Assembly: GCA_002633005.1 (NCBI GenBank)
Contig: NMRA01000307.1
Coordinates: 267,187-331,186, forward strand
Length of the DNA stretch: 64,000 bases
Reading direction: 5' to 3'
DNA from: Phoronis australis
Lineage: Eukaryota; Animalia; Phoronida
Below are positions 28,265 through 40,840 of this stretch, piece after piece. Each line of letters begins with the position of its first letter. The first letter of the stretch is position 1. The translations under genes were made by a program, and so were the position numbers. The notes beneath the pieces are model-generated. The model searched no databases. It was not told the DNA's origin and saw only the letters and a program-made list of their open reading frames with translations.

Positions 28265-28580
28265 CTTTATTGCGAATACAGCCTTCAGAAACGGAGTAAG
28301 CTAGGTCCTTAAATTCCAAATCAACAGCTTTGTGCTTCTGTAACTTTACGAACATAGAACTGTTGACAACATTTGAGATCTTTCGCAGCGGCTCAGATGC
28401 TGAACAACTTTGACCGTCATCACCATTATCGCCTCCAACGGCGAGTTCCTCGAAAGACTCAGCGCGACTGCCGAAGGTAGAATCCAGAATATCTGTCTCA
28501 CGAATGGGTATCGTTGACAGTCGTATCCCAGAATTTACAAACTCTTCTATGTGCACAGACTCGAGGTCTGCAGTGGCCAT
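28265..28580 (-). CDS. ABCG1: ABCG1/ABCG4-like transporter, first coding exon
   Basis: ATG at 28580 in AAAATGG context; ends ...KLQKHKAVDLEFKDLAYSVSEGCIRNK(G), like ABCG1 AVNIEFRDLSYSV..KG. Donor G|gtaagg at 28264; 316 nt, phase 1 fits exon 2. A ttttacag acceptor at 28719-28721 suggests an upstream non-coding exon. Confidence 0.93.
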
Positions 28581-30850
28581 TTTGAATAAGAAAATCTATA
28601 TTCTCCCAGCTCTTCACAGCTCCGAGCTCACCAAAATAATTTATTCAACAGTCAGCTGGTCCACTATTGATTCTGCCTTCTTTGTTAAACCGCGACACTT
28701 TAAATAAGGGGTCGAAGGCTGTAAAAGTAAGCTAGCTAACAATTACTGGTAATCTCACGATTCTTGATTTCATTGTAACTGCTTTTACTAAAGTGAAATT
28801 TGATAGATATATTAAATCAAGGTGAATACATACATATTTGGAGAGTTGGGTATTACAATGCCATTTACCTACAGTAGTGGAATAGTCTGTCAGTTTAAGT
28901 TCAAAGGTCATGCAAGCACGTGATGACTTTGTTATTGTTTAGTCAGCGAAGACGGCGCTTTGTGCCAGTGACTATGCAGGCCACCAGGCTTGAAATGAGT
29001 ACAAGAGTAAACCACGAACTTAGTCTGTGCCCACGAAGTCAGTTTGAATATTGCGCAACTAAAAAGTATCTGTCATGTTTTTAAAGAAATCTAAACACTG
29101 AAAACCGTGTCGCAGCCTACGGAGTTTCGCTGATAGGGGCATTTCGCCGCTGTTGAATATCTTCAATTTAACCAGGCAAGAAGCTTCGCATAAAATTCAT
29201 TATCACGCTCACCCGATCTTGAATTGATGCCAAGGCACGGGAAATAACCTACATCATTTAGTTCGAAGTGCCAGGTTAGGTTTGGCCACTATTCCCCAAT
29301 ATTCGGAAGCGGCTTTTGAGTTGGTCGCGGATGGTTTCGACGTTCAACTTTGTTGGGGCCAAGGCTAACTTTATAAGACCCAAAGTCCTTGTTCGATTTT
29401 CGTATTATGGTCAGCTAAACAGAGCGAAATGCACGGTTTTAAAAGCCAAAACCATTGATTTTTTCAGCTCGCTTGACCTGATTTTCAATGAGATGCATCA
29501 GTCGGAGAAGCCTTTTCTCTCGCAATGTGTATGAGGTCTTTTAAGACCACATGATAATGAAGAATTTGATTTTTTAAAAAATCGAATTCCTCATTACCAT
29601 GTGGTCGACCCTAGAACCATGGGCGTCCTCCTCAGTGCACAGACTCTCTGGATTGGCTATCCGTGACGTCAGCGTGTGAGGCCCGGGAACCAGATTAATG
29701 TGCGGCCGAGTGCCTGACTTGGAGTGGGTTTGTCTCCTGCACAGCCCTCTAGAGTCTAGATTTGCTGGGATCCTTCACACGCTATCCCAGACGTGAGAGT
29801 TAGTCCTAGGAACCAGGTTGGATTACTCTTTGTCACAGCGCTACCTATACCCCTACAGAAGTACCGTGCAGGGAAGGAGTGTACAAGTTGTTTCACTTGA
29901 ACCCGTAAAGTTGCATTTCGATCCGATTTCGAATTCTTAACCGAAGAGCTTTGGGGTTTAAAAACATTACCACGCTAGTTTAGTCTTGAATTATTGCCGA
30001 ACTTATTCGGCATCTCAAGTCACAGACAGTGCGCCATTTTCCAATTCGAAACCCCAATAACTGATGCGTTTTCTTGAATCACTGGTTCACTGAGTTTGAA
30101 GTTGTTGCTGGAAAAAAGTGGAAACCTGTAGATGTAATTATTAATATCAGATGGTGAGCCCAATTTTGGTGTTTTTTTTTGGCAGCTAAACAGGACGAAA
30201 TGCAACTTAAAATGCGACATTTTGTGTGGTATGGCTTTCGAAACCACCCTATTAGAGATTGAGCGAGATACATACCTGTAAATACCTGTAATACCCGTCA
30301 CGGACAGGATCGTTGGGATATGCTGGTGCATTAATCCCCTCCCCAGACCATCCCCGTGACAGCAGAAGGCGCAGAACTCCAGCGCCTGTAAGCATCTGAT
30401 TTGACACCACTCGGGCACGGCTCTTCTTGTGACTTATAGCAACATGGCCATAAATAATACCCGCTTCGAGCAGTCGGCTACCATCATTGAACTCAGCCAG
30501 TTGGGACGAAGTCTGCTCAAGGGTGCGTTTGTGGGCCAGCAGCTTAACATCAACCGAATATAAGCAGAGGAGTTGGTTGGTGGCGCATGAGACAGCGAGG
30601 TAATCTGCACAATCTGAGCGAGATACATGTCAGTGCTCCTGTCAACGGGGCAATCAGGTTGCATGTTATTGAGAGTCAAAGTATTTCCTCCGGGCCCGGA
30701 GACTTTTCAGTAAAAAAAGTCCTAAATACGCACCCGCGCTGTAGAATGAGTATCCCGACTGACTGATCGGCTAGTCGCGGGATACGGCCGTACCGTTATC
30801 ACTGAGTTTTGACAGTTGCAAACCAATGTTTACACAATCCATCCCCCTCA

Positions 30851-30931
30851 CATGGGTGGCGCAGAACTGAAAAAAATGGGGAGGCTATAGCCCCACCCCC
30901 CCCCCCAGCCCCCTATGATGCGCCGCCCGTG
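30851..30931 (-). mobile_element. ~75-bp micro-MITE (family of 53838 and 59333), opposite orientation
   Basis: CATGGGTGGCGCA...TGCGCCGCCCGTG termini; the interior is the reverse complement of the other two copies. Confidence 0.7.
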
Positions 30932-31053
30932 TCTCATTGTCCGCTTTCATCTGATAAAGTCACGTAATTCAGCAATTATGTTGTAAAAAGTGCGCCTAAC
31001 GCTAAAAATACTCTTTGCAAACGTCTTTCAACAAATGCCGTGAAGCAGATGTA

Positions 31054-31732
31054 ACAGCTTCTTATTTAATTTGAACTTTTCTTATCTAATAAAAGTTCGC
31101 TTTTCAGGGACAAAAATGGGGACACCCACATAAATATATGTGTTTCCACATAAAATATGATTACAGGTGGGTACACCTGTCAGTAAAGGTTGATCAGCGA
31201 AATCTCTGTTTGTAACTGGGTACACCAAATGTGTAATGGGTCACCTATATGTATATAACTGGACCCGTTACGATGGGTCCAGTTATATTTATATAGACAG
31301 ACCCATCCTGGCTGGTCAACCTATATGTATATAACTGGACCCATCGCGACGGGTCCAGTTATATTTATATAGACAGACCCATCGGTTGACTCATCCCGGC
31401 GGGTCTATCTATATAAATATAACTGGACCCGTTGTGATGGCTCCAGTTATTTATACATATATAGGTTGACCCGCCGGCATGGGTCTATCTATGTAAATAT
31501 AACTAGACCCATCACAACGGGTCCAGTTATATTTATATAGATGGACCCATCCAGTCTTTGGTGTACCCAGTTACAGAGAGAGACTTCGCTCATCAACCTT
31601 TACAGACAGGTGTACTCACCTGTAATCATATTTTATGTGGAAACACATATATTCATGTGGGTGTCCCCATTTTTGTCCATGAAAAGCAAAATTTTACTAC
31701 ATAAGAAAAGTTCAAATTAAATAAGAAGCTGT
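31054..31732. mobile_element. Foldback MITE with ~180-bp TIRs and TA TSD
   Basis: 31054-31230 is the reverse complement of ~31557-31732; TA on both sides. The interior is ~70-bp subrepeats, each itself a hairpin (TATAACTGGACCC..GGGTCCAGTTATA). Confidence 0.9.
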
Positions 31733-33366
31733 TATGTGTTTTGCATAAAACACTTTCACCAAAAAATTTTCGAGTGGAGAAAAACGGCTGACTTTCAAAG
31801 AAATTAGACTTAACTTTCATCTGTTTATTCCGTTGCGTGTGCGTGAGCTCAGACCACAGTATTGTGAACCAACACAAAAGGCTTGCTTGACAAGTTTAAC
31901 GGAGCCTGATTCTAGATTAGATCATCGTGATTGTGGAAATTTCTTGATTTTTACACTCCAGCAGAATGGTACGTAATAGTGTAAAAAAACAATTGCCATA
32001 TTTTCTCTGTAAGATTTGTACATGGAGTGATAGATTTATCCAGAAAAGTCCAACTGACGGTGCCGGATGTAGCCAACGATTATTTTCGACGGGGCTTTCT
32101 CGCTCGTTTCAAGGTTACATCATAGCAATAGGTCCTGAACAAGCATTTCGCTAAGGCGGACACAATCCAAATTTCCAAAGGACCCACGTTTGTGCTAAAA
32201 ATGACTTACCCACGTAGTTCACGGTGTTTTTATTTTGGTCACGTTCAGAGAGTCCGCTTCGTCCGCCAATGTTATGCTGATTGTTTTGCCAAAGAGGTCA
32301 TTTAAGCTATTGAATACCCCCCCACCAATAAATCCGCCACTGACTGCTACACTTCCTTTGCATTTCGTGTGGCGCTTGAACGTAAAATCAAGAATTGGGA
32401 ATAAATAGACTACCTTCAAATTCGGGAAAATACATCCGGTAATCCCCGTAAACAGTTGCCGCTTTCCAAGCGCACGATCATACGCGTAGTTTCGGAAAAT
32501 GTTCCGAATTTAGGACCTGGTGGTAGGCTTATTCCCAGAAATGAGGATGCCATGACGATTACTCGCAAAAAACGGGACCGAAATTCAGATGTGGTCCACA
32601 ACTAGTTCTCTTTCAGCATTACTGAGCGTTACCCTCAACTTTCGAACTATGCGTGCTTTTAAAAATGAGTGATTATACTCCATCACATACTTGGACGGAA
32701 ACATTTAGTCAAAGAATGTCTTGAAGAAATTTTTGCCAGGTTACTTGCTTTTAAAACTTGCTCATAGCGATACGGGAAATGTGAACATCCCACTATTCCG
32801 AAGGCATTACTCCGAAGGTTCACAACTCCGAAGGTTAACTACCCTGAAAATATATGGAATTTCGGGCTGAGGTGTAATTTTTATACTTCCATATGCAAAA
32901 ATACATTTTTGGTTTAGATGCAGAAGCGTAACTTGTAATGATATTGAGAACAACGCCCAGGTATCAACACACTTAAACTGTTTGGGTTTCTTGCGCATAC
33001 GAAAGTGAGCAGCTCCCAAAACATTTTTTTATGAATACAGAAAAATGAATGCGTACTTGCATTCTGAAAATAATATGAAGAAGGAATATTGATGAATTAT
33101 CAACCACGATACATTTACCAAATCCATGTTGAGATCGCATCATTTCACTGCGCGACGGAAAAGTTATCTGCAGCGCTTCAACCTCTCCCACCGCATCGTA
33201 AACACGCACCTGGCCGCGTCGGAATTAAATGCAGTAGGTTACCCTATCCCTGCCAGTCTTCACTAAGATAGAGAGTCACACCCAGTCTTCTCAAATTTAA
33301 AACCGTCCGTAAGCCGCCGCAACCCTGAAATGAAATACCTCCGTGCCCCCCCCCCNNNNNNNNNNC

Positions 33367-36317
33367 GGCAGCCCAGAGCACTTAGCATAGATGAACGAGG
33401 TACCAATATCTGACCATAGGAGCACTTGGAGCCCCCCTCAGTACATATAGAAATAGACGTCTGCCGTTGTTTGCACTCTGGGTGTGACACCTGGGAACCT
33501 TACAAGGAGCCAAAAATTAGCTAGATTAGATATTGAGGTACCGGGCAAAACACGGACAATAGTATGGTACTGAACACCCATGACAGACAAACTGCACTCC
33601 GGAAAGGGGCCGCCAAAACCCAAAAAGGACCAACAAAAATAAGCTACTTCATACATTCGAGGTGCCACAAAAACAATTCCATGTTATTCAATACATGTCA
33701 CTGATCACTAAATGTCCCATGACAGACAAAATACACTCTGCCCGCCAGCAACATCCAAAATGTCAACCAATTGTACCGCACTGAACACCGAATGGCCCAT
33801 TACAAACCAATTGTACTCTGGAAAGGGTCCGCCAGAAACCCCCAAAAGGACCCCTCTCCCCCCAAAATGAACTGGCTCATCCATTCGAGGTACGACAAAA
33901 AAAACAATTCCATGTGATTCAATACACGTCAATGATCACTAAATGGCCCATGAGACAGACAAAATACACTCTGGGTTGTGCCCGCCAGAAATCCCCAAAA
34001 ACCTCAATCACGGTATGCCGTTAAAAGTTTGAGTTACATTAGATATTCGAAGTACCGGCTAAAACTGACTTCAACTCAACAACCAACCGTGCTCCAATGA
34101 ACACCGAATGACCCATGATTACAATTTTTCCTCTGGAAAGGGTACATCAAAAACTCAAAAACGACGCCCAAAATGGAGCTACAGTGTCATTAGCTCATAT
34201 ATTCGAGGAACCACAATGAATAATTCCATGTAATTCAAATAGAGGTTACTGGTTTCTAAATGGCCTGTGACAGGCAAAACTCTCTCTGGGTTGTGCGCGT
34301 CAGCCCCAGAAATCTCAACCACGCAATTCTGTTGAAAATGTGTGATATGTTAGATAATGAAGATCCCGGTTAAATCTTGGTAGAGTTTCGTAGAAGATTT
34401 TCGACAAGGAAGGTGGTGTTGTGATCACGTGCTTCGTTTGCAGTTCATGGAGAATTCTTGTATTTCGGCCTACTTTCGCGTCTACTGAACTCTCCTTGCT
34501 AAAAATTAATAATAGCGTGTCATTGAGTGCCAAATGGATGGTGGTGGAAAGCAAGCATTTTGGAAAATGCCTGATAACACTAAAACTTTGGGATACCAGA
34601 ATTGCCAAAAAAAAACAACCCATTAAGTGATGATTAAGACCTCAGCTACTGTAGCATAATGAGCTATAAACTGTAAACAAAGCACGTGATCACAACACCA
34701 ACTTCCTTATCGAACTTGTCAAAACTCTGTCAAGATTTAACCGGGATCTTCATTATCTAATGTACCACATGTTTCCAACAGAATTACGTGGTTGAGATTT
34801 CTGGGGCTGGCGCGCACAATCCAGAATGGATTTTTGTCTGTCACAGGCCATTTAGTAACCAGTAACTTCTATTTGAATCACATGGAATTGCGTCGTTTTT
34901 GAGTTTCTGATGGACCCTTTCCAGAGGACAATTTGTGTGTCATGGATGACCCGGTTTGCGGCACGATTGTTGGTTTTAAGTCAATGTTAGCCAGTATCTC
35001 GAATATCTAATGTAACTCAAACTTTAAAGGGCATACCGTGGTTGAGGTTTTTGGGCTTTCTGGCGGTCACAACCCAGAATGTATTTTGCCTGTCATGGGG
35101 CATTTAGTGATCAGAGACATGTATTGAATCACATGGAATTATTTTTGTGGTACCTCGAATGTAAGAGCTANCAACCCATTAAGTGATGATTAAGACCTCA
35201 GCTATTGTAGCATAATGAGCTATAAACTGTAAACAAAGCACGTGATCACAACACCACCTTCCTTGTCGAAAATCTACGAAACTCTACCAAGATTTAACCG
35301 GGATCTTCATTATCTAATGTACCACATGTTTCCAACAGAATTACGTGGTTGAGATTTCTGGGGCTGGCGCGCACAATCCAGAATGAATTTTTGTCTGTCA
35401 CAGGCCATTTAGTAACCAGTAACTTCTATTTGAATCACATGGAATTGCGTCGTTTTTGAGTTTCTGATGGACCCTTTTCAGAGGACAATTTGTGTGTCAT
35501 GGATGACCCGGTTTGCGGCACGATTGTTGGTTTTAAGTCAATGTTAGCCAGTATCTCGAATATCTAATGTAACTCAAACTTTAAAGGGCATACCGTGGTT
35601 GAGGTTTTTGGGCTTTCTGGCGGTCACAACCCAGAATGTATTTTGCCTGTCATGGGGCATTTAGTGATCAGAGACATGTATTGAATCACATGGAATTATT
35701 TTTGTGGTACCTCGAATGTAAGAGCTAGCTCCTTTTTTGGAGGGGGGGTTCTTTTTAGGTTTCTGGCGTACCCTTTCTAGAGTTCAATTTGTCTCTCAAG
35801 GATCATTCGGTATTCATTGCGGTACTGTTGTTCGTTTCAATCGAACATCTCATCTAGCTCAAATTTCCAATGGCATACTTTGGTTGACGTTTTGAGGGGT
35901 TTCTGGCGGCCACAACCCAGAGTGTATTTTATATGTCATGTGGAATATAGTGATCATTGACATGTAGTGAATCGCATGGAATTAGTTTTTTTTTGCGAAT
36001 GTATGAGCGAGCTCATTTTGCCCCCCCCCCGAGATCCTTTTTTGGTTTCTGGCGGACCCTTTCCAGAGTGCAATTTTGTCTGTCACGAGTCATTCGGTGT
36101 TCAGTGCGTCACTGCTGTCGGTTTTAATCAGTTTTGGGCGATTCCTCGAATATCTAAAATAGCTCATTTTTGGCCCCCTTTTAAGATCCCCAGGGGTCAT
36201 ACCCAGAGTGCAGACAACGACAGACGTCCACTTCCGTATATACTGAGGTGGGCTCTAAGTGCTCCTATGGTCAGATGTTGGTACCTCGTTCATCTATGCT
36301 AAATGCTCTGGGCTGCC
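33367..36317. mobile_element. Large foldback element (~1.1-kb inverted arms)
   Basis: Starts GGCAGCCCAGAGCA(C)TTAGCATAGATGAACGAGGTACC and ends with its reverse complement at 36317. Arms built from ~230-bp subrepeats; spacer ~34450-34660; no coding capacity seen. Confidence 0.85.
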
Positions 36318-37410
36318 TTATTTGTTGAGACTGAGTTCAGAATAACTCAAACTTTTTGCAGTATTTAAGCTATATTGGTCTTTTGCTACTGATTCAATGT
36401 CTTTTAATCAAAATACACCGATTGACCTTTTGGACGAAATCACAGGTATGCCTATGCTGGGAATGTACTCTAGGATTTTAACTTTGGGCGGCCTTTAGAA
36501 ACGAAAGAGGGAATTTTTAGAGGCCACGGGAAGAACAGAATGCAACTGGGAGAAGAATAAATATCTGCCGGAATAATCTCTGAAACTGGAGAAAAATGCC
36601 ACCGTGGATCAAGAAATTCATAATATCTGCGTGAACCGTGATGCGACATTATTTAACGTTTCTCTTTAAGCTTGAAAAGAAAGCACGAGTTATACTGGAT
36701 GAAAAGCTAATCATTTAATCACTAAATAAGGCCAGCATCTGATAAGTTTATAAGATCCACATAATCCTAAATCATACTTATAAATGTAATGAAATTTAAT
36801 TGTTTTCACACTGGAAGGCAGCACGGGTTTTGATTCAAAATATAAATGCCATAAGTTGCTGCTGTCAACTAAACCATGCTGAACCAGTTGTCTGCTTCAC
36901 ACTTTGTTATAAGAAGATACTGAAGTCCTGTTACTTATACTTTAAAACATCACCTTTACTACGTATTTACATGAGCCCGCATCAGCTGAGGGCGAATTAT
37001 AATTTAAAAGACAAATAACTAAAATGCGTATTTATTACAACGATGATTTGTAATGTTTTAAACTTTATTTCACATTTTATACTTTGACAGTCAAATTTAC
37101 TTATTACTTTCGAATTAGTATTCTATCCGGCACATAAAAACAGTTTTCCTGGTAACCAAAAGGTGTCACTCTCCTTCCCATCTTCGAAGGGCAGTGATGA
37201 TTTCAGGAGTTTGTTTCATATCTTTTATCAAATGTATTGAAAAGTGAAAATCCTTGAGTACATTCCCAGCATAGGCATACCTGTGATTTCGTCCTAAAGG
37301 TCAATCGGTGTATTTTGATTTAAAACATTGAATCAGTAGCAAAAGACCAATACAGCTTAAATACAGCAAAAGTATGAATTATTCTGAATTGATATCTTAG
37401 TCACAATAAA
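36318..37410. mobile_element. Non-autonomous TIR element with ~160-bp TIRs
   Basis: ~36335-36480 is the reverse complement of ~37248-37390 (e.g. GACGAAATCACAGGTATGCCTATGCTGGGAATGTACTC). Confidence 0.8.
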
Positions 37411-38472
37411 ACAACAAACAATTTAATACTAGAAATTCAGAGCGTACGTCCGTCACGTACGTCCGTCACACTTACTCAACATACATCGACTTGTCTGACA
37501 AAAATTTCTTAGAAGATATCATTAAAAAATAGTGTTGTACTTTGCAAACCTTCCACTAAATCATAATATAAAACAAAAATGTAACTAAATGGAACCCCTA
37601 GAAAAGTAATGTTATTTTTTTCAAAAATTCTAATTCTCTGCCTACATCCGTCACTGATACATGCTTTGAAGGCTGTAGATGAGACCTAACGTATCAATTG
37701 TTTTCCTAGGAGGGACATTTTTTCACACTTGATCAAAATGTTCTCTAGTTATACGTCCGTCAAAATGGAATTGTCCTAACAAAAAATTCCATTGTCGTAA
37801 TTCATTAATTTATTGTTATAATAAAGCTACCTGCTTCATCTTGGCTTTCAGAGAATTTGTAGGGCAGGCGTACCAAAATGCAGGGCAAATTACGACTGAC
37901 ACCCTCCCCCCAAAAAGCAAAAGTACTGGTTTCCGCGTAGGCATGTTACAGATAAGGACACCAGGGAGCCAAGCATTTTGGGTCACGATAGAAGAAGCTA
38001 CGCCTACTGGATCCGGACTTATATGCGCATGTTCCTGTTCTGAAGTATACGTAAAAAATAGTGCAAAACCAAGCAAAAAAATCTAAAATCGTTTTCGAGT
38101 TAAAGTTGACTTCACCATTACAAAACAGTAGATATCAACGTGTATTCAACTTAACACTCTTAACATTTAAGCTGCACTACTTCTGTGCTCTGATTGGCTG
38201 TCTTTATAGCCAATTTCTTCGGTGTCATCGAAGTAATGGGCAGATGTGTGCGGTCAACAATGGGGGGATTTTTTCAAACTCTCACCGTCATACTTGTCTA
38301 AGCATTTGATATGAATTATCCGGATATTTTGTGGACGATTTATAATTTAAAAATTACTCATATCGAAATATCGTATGTGTATCAAAGTATAAAATCTGCT
38401 ATTTGAAACACTACACATTTTCTAAAATTACATTTAACTGTGCTTGCATATGTGTTTGTTATTGTACTTAGG

Positions 38473-39220
38473 GCCTCTGGCCTCGGTTGCATAGTCCCAA
38501 ATAGGGACTCAACCAAGTCCCCTAAATCTACTGCGTATTTGTGGATTTGTGATAACACCAATTGTCCTTTCTTATGTTGTTTTAGTTTCATTACTAAATC
38601 ACCTTTTGACTTTGATACAAATCGAGAGTGAACTGGACGCTGAATTCTCAATATTATCGAAAATGAATAGGGATCTCTTCAGTTCATGCAACGCCCTAAT
38701 TTAGGGACTAAGTCCCTATTTATTTTCATTGAATTCAGGGCCCAGTTTTTAATAATACTCTTAGAAAATATCAATTAGTTAAACAGGAACTCATAATAAA
38801 CCTGGTAATGTATGACTTAACAGTTGGCTGTAAACAGTAATTTATTTCATTATTGGACAACCTCAGCGTCTATTTATTTACTATGTCAAGTTAACACATA
38901 CTTGTGCGAAATGCTGATTGTATGCATAATTGTCTAAATCCCGTGTGAAAAAGGCGAAACGCCGCTCATGGGATGTATGTAAACAGTAATTGCACAGAAT
39001 AGGTCAGTGGTGAGAGCACTAGACCGGCAATCTAGAGACCTGTGGTTCGATTCCCAGTTGGATTTCCTGATTTTTCTGTGTTTATTTGATATAATAAAGC
39101 TGAATTGACATAAAAAGTTTACATCTGTCAGTAAAGAAAGACACAAACAGGCAAAAGATTCGGGGAAATTTGTTGAGTTCCTATTTGGGACTGTTTCATG
39201 CAACCCAGCACTGGCCTCGA
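38473..39220. mobile_element. Element bounded by inverted repeats (possibly Crypton-like), containing a tRNA-like head
   Basis: GGTTGCAT-AGTCCCAAATAGGGACTCAAC near 38484 versus GTTGAGTTCCTATTTGGGACTGTTTCATGCAACC near 39172. Confidence 0.45.
38995..39062 (+). mobile_element. tRNA-derived SINE head / tRNA pseudogene
   Basis: A-box-like AGGTCAGTGG, hairpin CTAGACCGGCAATCTAG and B-box GGTTCGATTCC; no intact acceptor stem. Confidence 0.6.
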
Positions 39221-39452
39221 ATGCAATAACGAACGCTGTATGACACTAAAGCATCTTTGATAAATGTTTCAAATATATCGCTATGCATTACAAACAATCT
39301 CAGTAGTTGCACTGGCTTTACACGCGAGTGCCTTGCGTCTACGGAACGCGCCCCTGGTACGCTTGAATTACCTGTTGTGCAGTGTACATGGCCACTTAGG
39401 ACATATGCACACAGTGAACTGATAGGCAGGAGAACTTAGTGAGCTGGACACG

Positions 39453-39518
39453 ATGGAAGGAATAGTCATCAGAAAAGCTGTAGAGGGAGATTGTCACCAG
39501 ATATTTGGACTCATTATG
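39453..39518 (+). CDS. SAT2: Diamine/thialysine N-acetyltransferase (SAT2-like GNAT), exon 1
   Basis: MEGIVIRKAVEGDCHQIFGLIM, 66 nt, aligns with the SAT N-terminus (IR.A...DC..I..LI); followed by a non-canonical GCAAGT donor. Confidence 0.88.
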
Positions 39519-40246
39519 GCAAGTAATTTTTAAACATGAATTTTTTAGCAATAAAAATTTTTGTGACATGCCCGGCTATTGAAAATAATGTGTATAATCG
39601 TTTTCGAGAATTAACAGAAAGGGACATTTCAGGCGAGAAAGTGACACACCAGAGAATTCCAATCATGGTGCAAAACATAGTGCAGCTCCATGCAGGGAGA
39701 ATGGCACGAATAACTGTACCGTGAAGTAGGAACACTTCCGGGGCCAGCGACGATAACAACACTCCGTCCTGTTCGAAAAAAGTTTGTACTTTGTTCGAGA
39801 TGGAAGGAATTAAAGACATCGACGGCCTCCTAAGGTGCCCCTCTATGCGCAAGATGTACTTATAACAACGTGACTTCGATGTTTTAATCAGTGTGAGGCA
39901 TAATTCGCCGAAAAGCGTCCGGCATATGAAGCGCTAATAGGAGCTTCACCCTCTCGACACCCAGTCGATCTACCCTTACTCCGGCACTTGTTGTATAACT
40001 TAAAACTTATGTGCTGACCCCTGTTAAACGGTAACAGAAACAGCAACTGTTCATTTTGTAAGAGTGCGCGATGCTCGGCCGAGCTCAATATGTAATCACC
40101 TCACCGGCTATAAAATAGTAGGCCTATTCATTGTCGATAACACAACACAATGACAGAAAGCGCCTCACTGGCTATTAACAAAGATACTATAAAATCTTTG
40201 CTATTAATAAGACAGTATTCATTGGTTACGGCGCACTAGTTCGAGG

Positions 40247-40503
40247 CTCGCTGGTTCCCTGCTTGCCGCTAGGTGGGGCGGTAGCCGCGCCAGCACGCAG
40301 GTATCACTTAATTTTCCTCGGAAAGTTTTTTTACATAGGCGTTTCTGATTGGCTAGTCGAATTCTCAACAGGCAGCACTTTATGCAAACAAACTGGCATG
40401 TCTGATAGACTGAAGTGTAAATGTGGTCTGTTGTACAGACAAATCGGCGCTTAAAATTTATGTTCAGGAAATGTGAAGTCTAGAAATTGTGATTGCGCCT
40501 TTT
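40247..40503 (+). mobile_element. Left end of the TIR element also inserted at 57695
   Basis: Near-identical to 57695-57953 (CTCGCTGGTTCCCTGC...GTACAGACAAA); cut off where the adjacent LINE begins. Confidence 0.85.
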
Positions 40504-40745
40504 CTGACATATGTGATTGGCTTGTTCAGGATTTGCAGACCAGGAATGTATTGCTCTTTGAGATATTTCTGAGGAGTTTGGTGAAGTTTATTAATTTGCT
40601 GTCAGCCAGTCATTTGAACGTGAAAGTTCATTGTTTGAAAACTGCTGATATATCTGTTGAGGAGGTGTTTGTGTTGAGAGGTGATAAGGCACGTGTCATC
40701 TGCATACATGAGTTCATCAAGTGAAGTGGATAGATGTAGGTGATT

Positions 40746-40840
<95 letters not shown>

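Noticed and set aside
30020-30679. GC-richer ORFs upstream of ABCG
   Set aside because: No domain similarity recognised and non-ATG starts; likely an unclassified repeat interior.
38995-39062. Functional tRNA genes (also at 43085 and 53192)
   Set aside because: Acceptor stems and canonical 7-nt anticodon loops cannot be completed; treated as SINE heads or pseudogenes.
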